Source: Gammaproteobacteria bacterium (GTDB lineage Bacteria; Pseudomonadota; Gammaproteobacteria; Eutrophobiales; Eutrophobiaceae). From it: a stretch of DNA of 64,000 nucleotides. Location of the stretch: NCBI GenBank assembly GCA_965116495.1, contig OZ220696.1, forward strand, positions 128,001-192,000. The letters are read 5' to 3'. This document shows, one piece after another, positions 31,098-42,285 of the stretch. The notes under the pieces were generated by a model. The model saw only the letters and a list, made by a program, of their open reading frames with translations. It searched no databases and had not been told where the DNA came from. The position numbers and the translations under genes were made by a program. Within the stretch, counting starts at the first letter, position 1. Each line of letters begins with the position of its first letter.

Positions 31098-32516
31098 TTA
31101 ATGCAAACCGGGTTCCACCCAGTCCGTAACCAGGTCGCGTAATCCCGCGCGATCGATAAGGTGTCTCGATGCCTGTACGGCATCGGCAATAATCTTGTCC
31201 TGGTCCACCTTGGTAGAGTGACCGTTTTCTACGATGATCTCCCCGTCCACTACAACGTGTCTGACGTCCGAACCGCGGGTGGATAAGGTGAGATTGCATA
31301 CCGGCCTGTGGTTGGGTTGATGGTGTATGCCGTTCATGTCAACGACGATAAAGTCAGCCAATGCGCCCGGTGTCAATGACCCGACATTTTTCCTGAGCAT
31401 CCTGCCGCCGTTCCTGGTTGCCATACATAGCATCAGTTCCGAACTGCTTGCGGCAGGATCCAGTTCCCGCATACGCTGCAGCAATTGCGCGGACTTCATG
31501 GCTTCGAACATATTCTCACCGGCAATGGCTACACCGTCCGAACCTAACGTGATGTTGGCGCCAGCGCTCATTAACGGCCCGAGTTTGATGATGCCCGAAG
31601 CCAGGTACTGGTTGCTGACAGGGTTATGGACGATACTGGCGTTTGCGCCACCCAGCAGTGCTATCTCTTCTTCATCGAACCAGATACCGTGGGCCAGCGT
31701 GATCCGGTCATTGAGAATGCCCTGTTCATGCAACCACCTGGCGGGCCTCACGTTGTATATGGAGGTAAAAATCTCCACTTCAAACCGGGATTCACTGCAG
31801 TGTGAATGCCAGGAAACATCAAGATCCGTTGCCAGTTCGTGGCAGGCAAGCATGAGTTCCGGGTCGACATAAACCACGTTTTCCGGCGCAGGCCAGACCT
31901 CCACCAGTGAGCCGGCGGGTTTTTCCCGGATGCAGTTACGGGTGATTTCGAGTTCTTCGGCACTGGTGTAGCGGAACAGGCGCGGGTCGCTGTTCATGCG
32001 CCGGCCGCCTTCCACCATCGGGCCGTAGATACCGCGCGCGACCACGCCGCGCACACCTGTCTGTTCCAGTGCATCTGCCACGCCGATAATGGTTGTTTCA
32101 TCCACCGGCGCGTAATGATTGTCGACTATGGCCGTGGTGCCGCACAGGACGCTGTTCAGCGCGCCCAGGTGCACCGCATGAATGGCGTCTTCCCGGCTGA
32201 TCTCCGCCGCCAGCGGCATCATGAAGTTCGTCAGCCAGGGCAACAGGGACAGCCCGTCCCCCAGGGTTTTGCCCAGGTGCTGGAACAAATGGTTATGCCC
32301 GTCGATCAAACCGGGCATCATGGTCAGTCCGGAAAAATCCACGCTACGCAGCGCTCCGGCGAATTGTGTCTCCAGCGCGGATGCGGGTCCTGTGGCGATA
32401 ATTTCCTTACCGGCAACAGCTATTGCGCCATTGCGGATGCAGGGATTATCTTCATCCAGTGTGATGATGTCACCACCCTTGAAGAGAATATCTGCCACCT
32501 GCTCGTCAGTTTTCAT
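31098..32516 (-). CDS. Metal-dependent amidohydrolase/deaminase (MtaD/AtzA/guanine deaminase-like)
   Basis: PGLIDGHNH, HSHCSE, LAHGIW, HNPVSN, LGSDG. Confidence 0.9.
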   Translation of the reverse strand: MKTDEQVADILFKGGDIITLDEDNPCIRNGAIAVAGKEIIATGPASALETQFAGALRSVDFSGLTMMPGLIDGHNHLFQHLGKTLGDGLSLLPWLTNFMMPLAAEISREDAIHAVHLGALNSVLCGTTAIVDNHYAPVDETTIIGVADALEQTGVRGVVARGIYGPMVEGGRRMNSDPRLFRYTSAEELEITRNCIREKPAGSLVEVWPAPENVVYVDPELMLACHELATDLDVSWHSHCSESRFEVEIFTSIYNVRPARWLHEQGILNDRITLAHGIWFDEEEIALLGGANASIVHNPVSNQYLASGIIKLGPLMSAGANITLGSDGVAIAGENMFEAMKSAQLLQRMRELDPAASSSELMLCMATRNGGRMLRKNVGSLTPGALADFIVVDMNGIHHQPNHRPVCNLTLSTRGSDVRHVVVDGEIIVENGHSTKVDQDKIIADAVQASRHLIDRAGLRDLVTDWVEPGLH

Positions 32517-32666
32517 CAAAGTTTACGGAGTTGTATGGCGTTAACGGGCCAGTTACTCAAGCTTAACATTATAAGGGATATTATTGTTTGCAGGGCAACG
32601 CAGGATTTCGGGTTGTGCTACGATAATTGGAAATTCGCGAGGATGGCTGACACATTATCTTGGCTT

Positions 32667-33485
32667 ATGCTGAACAGGATTAATCTTGCGGGGTTTTCAG
32701 GTATCGGGCCCAGGCTGCCGGTTGCCTTGTTTTATTGTGCGCTGGCGTGCTTCAGTACACCTGCATTTGCCGACTGGTACCAGGTGGAGGTGATCCTGTT
32801 TGATTACATCAAGCCTGATGCTGATAATGAATGGTCGTATGAGAACCCGGGATTACCCGGACGCGATCAAACCATTGAATTGATCATGGGCACGGCAGAT
32901 CCGGTGGCGGGAGAAACGGTTAATCCCATCGACGAAGCGGATTTAATGCCGTACCTGGCCTTGTCAAAAGACCGTTACCGCCTCGCCGGCGTCAACAGGG
33001 TGCTGGAGTTGTCAAGGGAATATCGGCCTCTGCTGCATGTCGCATGGCAGCAACCCGGACTTGACAGCCGCAACATCAGGGCCATCCACCTGGACAATAC
33101 CCAGTTTGATGAAGAGCCCGCAGGGCAGGCAGAACCGGAGCCGGGAGAGGAATGGGTCCGGCCGGAATACACGCCGCCGGTAAAGGTCTATGACGGCATT
33201 CTACGATTGCGGAAATCGCGCTTCCTGCACGTTGATATTGATTTTGCCTATTTCCCTGGTTCCATGGAACAGCCGATCCAGGGTTTGGCGGCGGGAACCG
33301 ATGACAATGAACTGTCCTCTGCAGACTACGTAAGACTGACGCAGAGCAGAAGGATCAGACTGGAGGAATTACACTATTTTGACCATCCTCTGTTTGGCCT
33401 GATTGTCCAGGTCAGCCGGATTGAAATCAGTGAGGACCCCGACAATCATCGGGATAGAGCAAACTCAGCCACTCCCAGCCAGTAA
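32667..33485 (+). CDS. CsiV-family peptidoglycan-binding protein (exported)
   Basis: Signal peptide ending PAFA, then WYQVEVILF, LLHVAWQQP, QSRRIRLEELHYFDHPLFGLIVQV. Start uncertain (32643 or 32667). Confidence 0.85.
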   Translation: MLNRINLAGFSGIGPRLPVALFYCALACFSTPAFADWYQVEVILFDYIKPDADNEWSYENPGLPGRDQTIELIMGTADPVAGETVNPIDEADLMPYLALSKDRYRLAGVNRVLELSREYRPLLHVAWQQPGLDSRNIRAIHLDNTQFDEEPAGQAEPEPGEEWVRPEYTPPVKVYDGILRLRKSRFLHVDIDFAYFPGSMEQPIQGLAAGTDDNELSSADYVRLTQSRRIRLEELHYFDHPLFGLIVQVSRIEISEDPDNHRDRANSATPSQ

Positions 33486-34331
33486 GGTCTTGCCGGCCCA
33501 GTTCCGGGCGAACTGGGCGGCGCTTCTGCCGCTACGCGTGCCTTTTTCCAGCGCCCACTGCAACGCGGCCTCACGTACCTGCTCGGGGTCGTCGATTTTC
33601 AACCCCGTCCTGGCCAGCCAGTGCAATGCAATCTGCAGGTATTGCTCCTGGTTGAACGGGTGGAACGATAACCAGATGCCGAAACGTTCCGACAATGAGA
33701 GCTTCTCTTCCACGGCTTCGCTATGGTGTATTTCGCCGTCAATCACTTTTGCCTCCAGGTTCTCCGACCTGAACTCCGGTATCAGGTGACGGCGGTTCGA
33801 GGTGGCGTAGATCAGGATGTTGTCGGGGATATCACTCACCGAACCGTCCAGCATGACCTTGAGAGACTTGTAACCGGGATCATTCGCATCGAAAGACAAG
33901 TCGTCACAATAGATGATGAATTTGCCCGCATAGCGATTCAGTTCATCACAGACGTCGTTTAAATCGGCCAGGTGGTCCCGCGCCAATTCCACCAGGCTCA
34001 GCCCCCGGTCCTGGTACTCAGTGAAAATGGCTTTGACCAGGGATGATTTACCGGTACCCCGCGGTCCCCACAACAGGACATTGTTTGCGGGATAACTGCT
34101 GATGAACTGTTCGGTGTTCGATCGAAGCGCGGTTTTTTGCCTTTCTATGCAAAGCAGGTCATCCAACCTGATTTCCCTGGAATATCCGATAGCCTCCAGG
34201 TGGGAGGACGTACCTTTACTGCGCCAGCGCATAAGCGGGGCAGCCTGTCTCGGTCGCGGAAATGGTGAAATAAGTTTCAGCCTGCCCAGCAGAGAACCGA
34301 ACCGGGCCTCCGTTTTATGTGTATTTGTCAT
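33465..34331 (-). CDS. DUF815-family AAA+ ATPase
   Basis: ANNVLLWGPRGTGKSSLVKA, YCDDLSF, YATSNRRHL, EEKLSLSERFG. Confidence 0.92.
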   Translation of the reverse strand: MTNTHKTEARFGSLLGRLKLISPFPRPRQAAPLMRWRSKGTSSHLEAIGYSREIRLDDLLCIERQKTALRSNTEQFISSYPANNVLLWGPRGTGKSSLVKAIFTEYQDRGLSLVELARDHLADLNDVCDELNRYAGKFIIYCDDLSFDANDPGYKSLKVMLDGSVSDIPDNILIYATSNRRHLIPEFRSENLEAKVIDGEIHHSEAVEEKLSLSERFGIWLSFHPFNQEQYLQIALHWLARTGLKIDDPEQVREAALQWALEKGTRSGRSAAQFARNWAGKTLLAGSG

Positions 34332-34488
34332 TCTATGATTATATTATTGATTAATATGCCATTATACGCTTATATACGGCGCTTCCGGCAATTTTGCAAA
34401 ATCCGGATGTAAATATGCAGTTTCCCTGTGTAAATGTATAAGTCAGCTTTATAATAACGATTTAACTTTGGAAACAGGAAGGTGATGT

Positions 34489-35742
34489 ATGTTCAGCAGA
34501 GACATGACAATTGCAGGGTACGATGACGTACTCTACCGGGCCATGCAGGGGGAGAAGTCAAGGCAGGAAGAACACATAGAGTTGATCGCATCGGAAAACA
34601 ACGTCAGCCCCAGGGTGCTGGAGGCGCAGGGTTCCGTGCTGACCAATAAATATGCCGAAGGCTATCCGCGTAAACGGTATTATGGTGGCTGTGAATATGT
34701 AGACGTCGTTGAACAGCTTGCCATCGATCGTGCGAAACAACTGTTCGGTGCGGATTACGCCAACGTACAGCCCCATTCCGGTTCCCAGGCAAACGGCGCA
34801 GTTTATCTCGCGCTGTGCCAACCGGGCGACACCATCATGGGAATGAGTCTTGCTCATGGCGGGCACCTGACCCACGGAGCATCGGTCAGCGTTTCGGGAA
34901 GATTATATAACGCGGTGCAGTACGGGCTCGATGTGAATACCGGTGAGATTGATTATGACGCTGCGGAACAACTTGCCCTGGAACATAAACCACGGCTGAT
35001 TATGACCGGCTTTTCCGCGTACTCACGCAGGCTGGACTGGCAGAGGTTCAGGGATATCGCAGATAAAACAGGCGCCTGCCTGGTAGCCGACATAGCCCAC
35101 GTGGCCGGATTGATCGCCGCCGGACTGTATCCCAGCCCAGTCAACATCGCGGACGTGACGACGACCACGACTCACAAGACCTTGCGCGGACCCCGTTCCG
35201 GCCTGATCCTGGCCAAAGCCAACCCGGAAATTGAAAAGAAGCTGAATTTTACGGTTTTTCCATCCTACCAGGGTGGGCCATTGATGCATGTGATTGCCGC
35301 AAAAGCCGTTGCGTTCAAGGAAGCCATGGAGCCGGAATTCAAGGCCTACCAGCAACAGGTTATAGATAATGCGCGCGCTATGGCGGAGGTCTTTATCCAA
35401 CGGGGTATAGACGTCGTTTCCGGCGGGACCGACAACCACCTGTTCCTGGTCAGCCTGGTCAGCAAGGGCATAACGGGTAAGGACCTGGACGCGGCCCTGG
35501 ACCGGGCCAACATCACGGTGAATAAAAACGCGGTACCCAATGACCCGCAATCACCTTTCGTCACCAGCGGTATCCGTATCGGCAGCCCGTCCATCACTAC
35601 CCGCGGCTTCAGGGAAGCCGAGTCCACGCAGGTCGCCTCGTGGATTTGTGACATCATCGGCAACATGGGGGATGAGACGCTGATTGAGAAGATAAAGGGA
35701 GAAGTGAAGGCATTGTGCAAACGTTTTCCCATGTATGCCTGA
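34489..35742 (+). CDS. glyA: Serine hydroxymethyltransferase
   Basis: [26 protein letters not shown]. Confidence 0.99.
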   Translation: MFSRDMTIAGYDDVLYRAMQGEKSRQEEHIELIASENNVSPRVLEAQGSVLTNKYAEGYPRKRYYGGCEYVDVVEQLAIDRAKQLFGADYANVQPHSGSQANGAVYLALCQPGDTIMGMSLAHGGHLTHGASVSVSGRLYNAVQYGLDVNTGEIDYDAAEQLALEHKPRLIMTGFSAYSRRLDWQRFRDIADKTGACLVADIAHVAGLIAAGLYPSPVNIADVTTTTTHKTLRGPRSGLILAKANPEIEKKLNFTVFPSYQGGPLMHVIAAKAVAFKEAMEPEFKAYQQQVIDNARAMAEVFIQRGIDVVSGGTDNHLFLVSLVSKGITGKDLDAALDRANITVNKNAVPNDPQSPFVTSGIRIGSPSITTRGFREAESTQVASWICDIIGNMGDETLIEKIKGEVKALCKRFPMYA

Positions 35743-35751
35743 ATATGTGTT

Positions 35752-36258
35752 ATGCGTTGCCCGTTCTGTTCATTTGAGGATACCAGGGTCATAGACTCCA
35801 GGATGGCCGCCGAGGGCGACCTGGTCAGGCGCCGGCGTGAATGCATGGAATGCAGGGAACGCTTTACCACCTATGAGGCGGCTGAGTTCAATTACCCCAG
35901 GGTTATCAAATCCGACGGCCGGCGCGAACAGTTCATCGAGGACAAACTGCGTTCCGGTATTTTACGTTCCCTGGAGAAACGGCCGGTTGCGATGGAGAAG
36001 GTGGAAATTGCCATTGCCCGTATCAAACACAAGCTGCGCTCACTGGGCGAGAGGGAAGTAAAGTCGAGAAAAGTAGGGGACTGGGTCATGGAAGAATTAA
36101 AGTCTGTGGACCAGGTGGCATACCTTCGCTTTGCTTCCGTGTATCAGAGTTTTGCCGATGTCAGGGCATTTCTGGATGAGATTGAAAAGCTGGAAGACGA
36201 AATGCCCCCGGAATTGAAAAAATCCCAATTGGACCTGCTCAACGAGCGTGATAACTGA
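35752..36258 (+). CDS. nrdR: Transcriptional repressor NrdR
   Basis: [34 protein letters not shown]. Confidence 0.98.
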   Translation: MRCPFCSFEDTRVIDSRMAAEGDLVRRRRECMECRERFTTYEAAEFNYPRVIKSDGRREQFIEDKLRSGILRSLEKRPVAMEKVEIAIARIKHKLRSLGEREVKSRKVGDWVMEELKSVDQVAYLRFASVYQSFADVRAFLDEIEKLEDEMPPELKKSQLDLLNERDN

Positions 36259-37357
36259 AGTGATCTGGACCGCAGCCGATACCTCTTGCATGGCCCGCGC
36301 CCTGGAACTGGCGGAGAAGGGCCGGTTCAGCACCCATCCCAATCCCCGGGTAGGGTGCGTCATAGCCCGGAATGGCAAGGCGCTCAGCGCCGGCTGGCAT
36401 CGCAAGGCCGGTGAGCCACATGCCGAGATCAACGCGCTGCATGATGCTTCCTGCAATTTGCAGGGCGCTACGGCCTACGTCTCGCTTGAGCCCTGTTCCC
36501 ATCACGGGCGCACGCCGCCTTGTACCGAAGCCCTTATCAGGTCCGGTATAAGCCGGGTCGTGATAGCCGCGTCAGACCCGAACCCGCAGGTGTCCGGCGC
36601 AGGCATACAGGCATTAAGGGGCGCCGGTATTGCCGTTGAAACCGGCTTGATGGCGGAAGCGGCAAACGAACTGAATAAAGGGTTCATTTCCAGGATGACG
36701 CGGGGACGGCCCCACGTGCGTTGTAAATCAGCCGTCAGTCTTGACGGGAAAACAGCACTGGCCGGGGGGGCAAGCCGGTGGATCACCGGCCCGACTGCCC
36801 GGCAGGACGTGCAGGAACTCAGGGCGGCAAGCTCAGCCGTCATGACCGGTATCAATACCGTATTGGCCGATGACCCGCGCCTGGACGTGCGCGCCGTGGA
36901 CACCGGGGGCAGGCAACCCCTGAGGGTAGTGCTTGACAGGGAGTTGAGGTTTCCCCCCGGCGCGCAAATGCTTGGTCTGGACGGGACGACCATCCTGTTC
37001 ACCAGGAATGGGGACGAACAGCTTCACGGGAGCCTGGAACGCGCCGGGGCCCGTGTCCGGTTTATCGACGGCAGTGAGGACGATTTCCCGGACACCGTAG
37101 TGCGGGAACTGGCGCTGACTTACGAAGTGAACGACCTGTTGCTGGAGGCGGGGGCGAAGCTGTCTGGAACCATGCTGGCCCGGGGCCTGATCGATGAACT
37201 GGTGGTCTACCAGGCGCCGATCATATTGGGTGCTGCTGCTGTCGATATGATGGAGACGCCCGTCGTCACGGATATGAATGATCGGTATGAGATGGAATTG
37301 GTGGATTACCGCCGGTTTGATGAGGACTGGCGTTTTGTATTCAAGCCGGGCCATTAA
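36248..37357 (+). CDS. ribD: Riboflavin biosynthesis deaminase/reductase RibD
   Basis: [36 protein letters not shown]. Confidence 0.96.
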   Translation: MITEVIWTAADTSCMARALELAEKGRFSTHPNPRVGCVIARNGKALSAGWHRKAGEPHAEINALHDASCNLQGATAYVSLEPCSHHGRTPPCTEALIRSGISRVVIAASDPNPQVSGAGIQALRGAGIAVETGLMAEAANELNKGFISRMTRGRPHVRCKSAVSLDGKTALAGGASRWITGPTARQDVQELRAASSAVMTGINTVLADDPRLDVRAVDTGGRQPLRVVLDRELRFPPGAQMLGLDGTTILFTRNGDEQLHGSLERAGARVRFIDGSEDDFPDTVVRELALTYEVNDLLLEAGAKLSGTMLARGLIDELVVYQAPIILGAAAVDMMETPVVTDMNDRYEMELVDYRRFDEDWRFVFKPGH

Positions 37358-37372
37358 AACATCTATGCGCAG

Positions 37373-37828
37373 ATGACGCAGATGAAAGCGGATAAAAACG
37401 GCCGGTCCATAAGTGCGCGGGTAAGGGCCAGGCGCTCTGCCGTGCAGGCCCTGTACCAGTGGTTTTTAACCGAACAGCCGATGATTGACATCATCACTGA
37501 ATTTGAGCTCGAAAGAGTGGAATTGAAGAAAGCCGATGAGGATTATTTCCGGGATATTCTGGGTGGCAGCGCCAGGAATTCGGCGGCGATAAATGACGCC
37601 CTGGCGCCCTTCCTGGATCGGCCCCTGCATGAACTGGACCCGGTCACCAGGGCCGTACTGCACCTGGGCATGTATGAACTCAAATACCAGCCGTCATTGC
37701 CGTGGCGCGTGGTACTGAATGAATCCATAGAACTGGCAAGGGTTTTCGGAGCAGAGGATTCCTACAAATACATCAACGGGGTACTGGACCAGGCCGTGCG
37801 CAAGCTTCGCCTGGACGTCGCTGAGTAA
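37373..37828 (+). CDS. nusB: Transcription antitermination factor NusB
   Basis: ARRSAVQALYQW, VVLNESIELARVFG, YINGVLD. Confidence 0.96.
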   Translation: MTQMKADKNGRSISARVRARRSAVQALYQWFLTEQPMIDIITEFELERVELKKADEDYFRDILGGSARNSAAINDALAPFLDRPLHELDPVTRAVLHLGMYELKYQPSLPWRVVLNESIELARVFGAEDSYKYINGVLDQAVRKLRLDVAE

Positions 37829-37851
37829 ACCGTATTCAGGACAATACCTGA

Positions 37852-38799
37852 ATGTCACTGACTGAATTCAGCGCCATCAAAAAGTATTTTGCCGGATTGA
37901 CCCCCGGGGGGCGCGGCGTCATGCTCGGTGTGGGTGATGATGCAGCTATCCTGGCCGTTGATACGGACTCTCACATCGTGGTCACGACCGACAGCCTGGT
38001 CTCCGGCGTCCATTTTTTCCCTGATGCGGATCCCGCCGACATCGGCTACAAGGCGCTGGCCGTCAACCTCAGCGATATGGCCGCCATGGCTGCCGAACCG
38101 CGCTGGATTACCCTGGCGCTGACCCTGTCGGAGGACCGGATGACCCATGCCTGGCTGGACGGGTTCGCCCGCGGCCTGGTGCAACTGGCCGGACAATACG
38201 AGGTTCCACTTGTCGGCGGGGATCTCTGTAAAGGACCCACTGCAGTGACAATCCAGGTCATCGGGGAGTGCCTCAAGGACCGGGAAGTGCGGCGCGACGG
38301 CGCCAACGCAGGTGACTTGATCTATGTCAGCGGACCCACAGGCAGCGCGGCTTTTGCATTGGCGCTGCTCAAGTCCGGCCGGACTCCCCAGGCTGATTGT
38401 TACAGGCGCCTGCTCAGGCCCACCCCGCGGGTGGAGTTGGGGGTCTCCCTGCGCGGGATCGCAAGCGCTATGATCGACATTTCGGATGGACTGCTTGCAG
38501 ACCTGCGCCACCTGCTTGAAGCCGGTGGCGCAGGCGCCCTGGTTAATATTGATTCAATTCCGGTCGACCCATACCTGGATAACGGGTGTACGCCTGCAGA
38601 AAAGTGGCGCCACGTACTCAGCGGCGGCGATGATTACGAATTGTGTTTTACCGTGCCCCCGGCAAGACAGCAGGCATTGGAACAAACCGGCCATCCGGTA
38701 TACCGTATCGGCACGATCACGGCGGGGAAGGGACTGCGCTGTATAAGAAATGACGGCTCCGAACATTTCCCTGAGGGCGCGGGATATTCACATTTCTAA
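37852..38799 (+). CDS. thiL: Thiamine-monophosphate kinase
   Basis: GVGDDAA, KALAVNLSDMAAM, IDISDGL, GGDDYELCFT. Confidence 0.96.
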   Translation: MSLTEFSAIKKYFAGLTPGGRGVMLGVGDDAAILAVDTDSHIVVTTDSLVSGVHFFPDADPADIGYKALAVNLSDMAAMAAEPRWITLALTLSEDRMTHAWLDGFARGLVQLAGQYEVPLVGGDLCKGPTAVTIQVIGECLKDREVRRDGANAGDLIYVSGPTGSAAFALALLKSGRTPQADCYRRLLRPTPRVELGVSLRGIASAMIDISDGLLADLRHLLEAGGAGALVNIDSIPVDPYLDNGCTPAEKWRHVLSGGDDYELCFTVPPARQQALEQTGHPVYRIGTITAGKGLRCIRNDGSEHFPEGAGYSHF

Positions 38800-38856
38800 G
38801 TGCTTGACGGCCAGCGATGACCGGGCCGGCAGTTCCCTAACTCCTGCCTGAAACCA

Positions 38857-38927
38857 GGGGTCAGAGTAAAAATACGGTCAATCCGGTGGATTGTATTGCT
38901 GTGCTATCAAGTATTTTTACTCTGACC
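38857..38927. repeat. MITE-like inverted-repeat element, family B
   Basis: ggggtcagagtaaaaatac...gtatttttactctgacc. Confidence 0.8.
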
Positions 38928-39042
38928 TTGAATATCACGGCATAACAGCGGGCGTCGCCGTGAGCGGGTGTTTTTCCTTGACTGGCGGCACAGGGAGGCG
39001 CTAAAGTTAACAGGTTGATAATGCATTGTAGCGGAAATCATC

Positions 39043-39789
39043 ATGACCTACTGCGTAGCTGTAACGACTGAGAAAGGCTTGGTCTTCGTATCGGACTCCC
39101 GCACCAACGCGGGGGTCGATAACGTCAGTTCGTACAGCAAGATGCACAGGTTTGAAACCGGTGCTGACCGCCGCTTCGTGTTATTGTCGTCCGGCAATCT
39201 CGCTACCACCCAGGGGTTGGTTCAGCAGTTGGACAAGGATATACAGCAGTGCTCGCCATGGAACCTGATGACGGTCGCCAGTATGACTGACGCGGCGGAG
39301 TATATCGGCAATGCCAGTGTCCTCCAGCAAGGAAAACACAACAATACGGGCATTAATTTTGAGGCCAGTTTTATTATCGGCGGCCAGATCACCGGTTCGA
39401 GGCCCGAAATCTACCTGGTTTATCCGCAGGGCAATTACATTACGACGTCGGTATATACTCCCTACCTGCAGATAGGTGAGGGCAAATACGGCAAGACTAT
39501 TCTGGACCGGATACTGACCCCGGAACTGAGCCTGGAAACGGCTGTGTTATGCACCATGGTGTCAATGGATTCCACCATGCACAGCAACGTGACGGTGGGC
39601 CCTCCCATTGAAGTAGCCATCTATCCCGCGGATAGTTTTTCCCTGGACAGCTATTACTGTCTCGAAGAACACAGCGAATACCTGAGAGAACTGAGAAGAA
39701 GCTGGGACAGGAACCTGAAAGAAGCCTTTAACAATCTGCCGCCAATTGCCTGGGCCACCAACTGGGACGAGAAACAGAATAAGCGCTAG
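39043..39789 (+). CDS. Anbu proteasome-type Ntn protease
   Basis: MTYCV (N-terminal Thr nucleophile), SDSRTNAGVD, GNLATTQ, YPQGNYI, QIGEGKYGK, SMDSTMHSNVTVGPP. Confidence 0.93.
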   Translation: MTYCVAVTTEKGLVFVSDSRTNAGVDNVSSYSKMHRFETGADRRFVLLSSGNLATTQGLVQQLDKDIQQCSPWNLMTVASMTDAAEYIGNASVLQQGKHNNTGINFEASFIIGGQITGSRPEIYLVYPQGNYITTSVYTPYLQIGEGKYGKTILDRILTPELSLETAVLCTMVSMDSTMHSNVTVGPPIEVAIYPADSFSLDSYYCLEEHSEYLRELRRSWDRNLKEAFNNLPPIAWATNWDEKQNKR

Positions 39790-39814
39790 CGTCGTAGCGG
39801 CAGGGGCGTCGGCA

Positions 39815-39840
39815 GGGCGCGGATTTGAAATCCGTCCCCG
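39815..39840. repeat. REP-like palindrome, family A
   Basis: gggcgcggatttgaaatccgtccccg between convergent genes. Confidence 0.7.
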
Positions 39841-39870
39841 GTTGGTTCCCCGGTCACTACACAACTGCGG

Positions 39871-40806
39871 CTAATGCCTGAACCACGCATGTTCCACTTG
39901 TGCATGGATCTCACCCAGGCCAAGCTGTATTTTATCTACACATTCATGTAACACGCTCTGTTCCATCATGCCGATGGTGTCGGCCTCCCGCACCATGTCC
40001 CGGATAAGTACAAGTGTTTGCAGGGGCTGCTCATTTCCGGGCAGGCGCACCAGGTGGGTGTGGATTTCTTCCAGGCAATGAGAAACACTGCGCGGCGCAT
40101 CGACGTATTTCAGCAGAAAATCAACCACGTCTTCGCCATTGGGACGTACCTTGACGTGTTGCCGGTAGATCTGGTAGCTGCTTAAGGAGTTCAGGACGTT
40201 CAACCATAACAATTCGGCAAAGGCTGCGGCAGTATCGCCTTCGGCGGGCAGGAGATTGACGCAGCCCACGTCGATGATACGGGTGCTCATATCGGCCCGT
40301 TCCAGGTTTCTGCCGATGCGCACAAAGCTGTAGGCGCTGCCGCGGCTCATGCCGCTGAACAGCATTCCCATTATCTGTCTGCAATAGCGGATAACGCTGT
40401 TAAGGTACTTATGACGCTCTCCGGGCCTCATGCCTGCTGCCGAATTTTTTTTAACGTACAGGTAAAACTCATTAATGGTTTCCCAGGCTTCTACAGGGAG
40501 TATTTCCCGGGAGCTGCGCGCGTTTTCACGGGCCCCGCGCACGCAACAGGCCATTGAAGAAGGGTTGGTTTCATCGCTCAGCATAAACTGCAGGACGTTT
40601 TTCTCGTCGGCTTTCCCATAGGCGCGATAAAACGCATCATTACTCCCTGTTATGTCAATCATGTTAGCCCAGGTCTGTTTGAAAGGACGGGGCAAATCCA
40701 TGATCAGGTTGGCATTGACATTGACGAGGCGTGCGGTATTCTCCGCCCGCTCAACGTGGCGCCCGTACCAGTATAATTGCTCCGCGACCCGGGACAGCAT
40801 GGTCAT
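39871..40806 (-). CDS. Alpha-E domain protein
   Basis: MLSRVAEQLYWYGRHVERAENTAR, ARENAR, GRNLERADM. Confidence 0.93.
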   Translation of the reverse strand: MTMLSRVAEQLYWYGRHVERAENTARLVNVNANLIMDLPRPFKQTWANMIDITGSNDAFYRAYGKADEKNVLQFMLSDETNPSSMACCVRGARENARSSREILPVEAWETINEFYLYVKKNSAAGMRPGERHKYLNSVIRYCRQIMGMLFSGMSRGSAYSFVRIGRNLERADMSTRIIDVGCVNLLPAEGDTAAAFAELLWLNVLNSLSSYQIYRQHVKVRPNGEDVVDFLLKYVDAPRSVSHCLEEIHTHLVRLPGNEQPLQTLVLIRDMVREADTIGMMEQSVLHECVDKIQLGLGEIHAQVEHAWFRH

Positions 40807-42248
40807 TCCTTGTTCCTGGCGATTATCCAGGTATCCTTGCTGCCGCCTCCCTGTGATGAGTTCACTATCAGTGAATCTCGTACCAGGGCGACCCGTGTAA
40901 GCCCGCCTGCCGTCACGTATGAATGATCACCCTGCAGGACAAACGGCCTGAGGTCCACGTGGCGGGGCTCGATGCGCTTGCCGCACAAGGTGGGTACGGT
41001 GGATAAGTTGACGACCGGCTGGGCGATATAGTTACGGGGGTCGTTCCTGACCCGGCCCGCGGCCTGCGCCAGTTCGTGCTTGCTCGCCTGCGCTCCGATG
41101 ACAATGCCGTAGCCGCCGGATTCATTGACCGGTTTGATGACCAGCCGCTCCAGGTTGGCGAGGACGTAGCGCCGCTGTTTGTCATCATCACAGCGGTAGC
41201 TGGGAACGTTGGGCAGCAGCGGTTCTTCATCCAGGTAATAACGGATCATGTCGGGGACATAAGTATAGACCAGCTTGTCGTCCGCTACGCCGGCGCCGGG
41301 GGCATTGGCGATGGCTACCTTGCCTTTTTGCCAAGCGCGCATGATGCCGGGCACTCCCAGCAGCGAGTCTTTGCGGAATACCTCGGGATCCAGAAACAGG
41401 TCGTCGACGCGGCGATAAACGACATCGGCCCGTACCAGGCCGGCAATGGTCTTCATGTACACGCAGTCATCTTCGCCAACCACCAGGTCAGACCCCTCAA
41501 CCAGTTCTGCGCCCAGTTGGTGCGCCAGAAAGGAGTGCTCGAAATAAGCAGAATTATAGACACCCGGTGTCAGTACCACGACTTCCGGATAATCCTGCGG
41601 GCGCGGCGAGATGGAATTCAGCATGTCGAACAGCTGCATGGTGTAGCCGTCCAGGTGCCTGATGGAATACTCCTCGAACAGTTCCGGAAAGGTGAGCTTG
41701 GTCAACCTCCGGTTTTCCAGCATGTAAGAAACGCCCGAGGGAACCCGCAGGTTGTCTTCCAGCACGTACATGACACCATCACTGTCACGCACCAGGTCGG
41801 TGCCGCAGATATGTGCCCAGACCCCCATCAGCGGCTTCATGCCGATGCATTCACTGCGGAAATTTTTAGATGTATTGAGGATATATTCCGGGAATATCCG
41901 GTCCCTGATAATCTTCCGTTCGTTGTAGACGTCGGAAATAAACAGGTTGAGCGCGGTCAAGCGCTGGATCAGGCCTTTCTCAATCCGTTTCCATTCGTTA
42001 TGCAGGATGATCCGGGGGATAACGTCATAGGGCCACTCCCTGTCGATATTGCCCGCTTCACTGTAGACGGTAAAGGTGATGCCCATGGTTGAAATGGACT
42101 GCTCGGCATCCCGCCTGCGCGCGGCCAGTTCCCTGTAACTCAGCCGCTTCAGCGTATCCAGCAAACGGCCCAGACCGGCCCGTGCCTGTAATCGCGGCGT
42201 CAGTAATTCATCGTATAACCCTTCTATCGGATAATGGTCCAGTTTCAT
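40803..42248 (-). CDS. Circularly permuted ATP-grasp type 2 ligase
   Basis: VLEDNLRVPSGVSYMLENR, NSAYFEH, GGLTRVAL, VNSSQGGGSKDTW. Start at MKLDHY. Confidence 0.93.
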   Translation of the reverse strand: MKLDHYPIEGLYDELLTPRLQARAGLGRLLDTLKRLSYRELAARRRDAEQSISTMGITFTVYSEAGNIDREWPYDVIPRIILHNEWKRIEKGLIQRLTALNLFISDVYNERKIIRDRIFPEYILNTSKNFRSECIGMKPLMGVWAHICGTDLVRDSDGVMYVLEDNLRVPSGVSYMLENRRLTKLTFPELFEEYSIRHLDGYTMQLFDMLNSISPRPQDYPEVVVLTPGVYNSAYFEHSFLAHQLGAELVEGSDLVVGEDDCVYMKTIAGLVRADVVYRRVDDLFLDPEVFRKDSLLGVPGIMRAWQKGKVAIANAPGAGVADDKLVYTYVPDMIRYYLDEEPLLPNVPSYRCDDDKQRRYVLANLERLVIKPVNESGGYGIVIGAQASKHELAQAAGRVRNDPRNYIAQPVVNLSTVPTLCGKRIEPRHVDLRPFVLQGDHSYVTAGGLTRVALVRDSLIVNSSQGGGSKDTWIIARNKE

Positions 42249-42285
42249 TAATCTTGTTCGGTGACAGGTAGCCGGATACCCCTTT

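Noticed and set aside
32115-32642. Long N-terminal extension of the CsiV ORF (456 aa)
   Set aside because: It overlaps the amidohydrolase on the opposite strand; the signal peptide indicates a start near 32643-32667.
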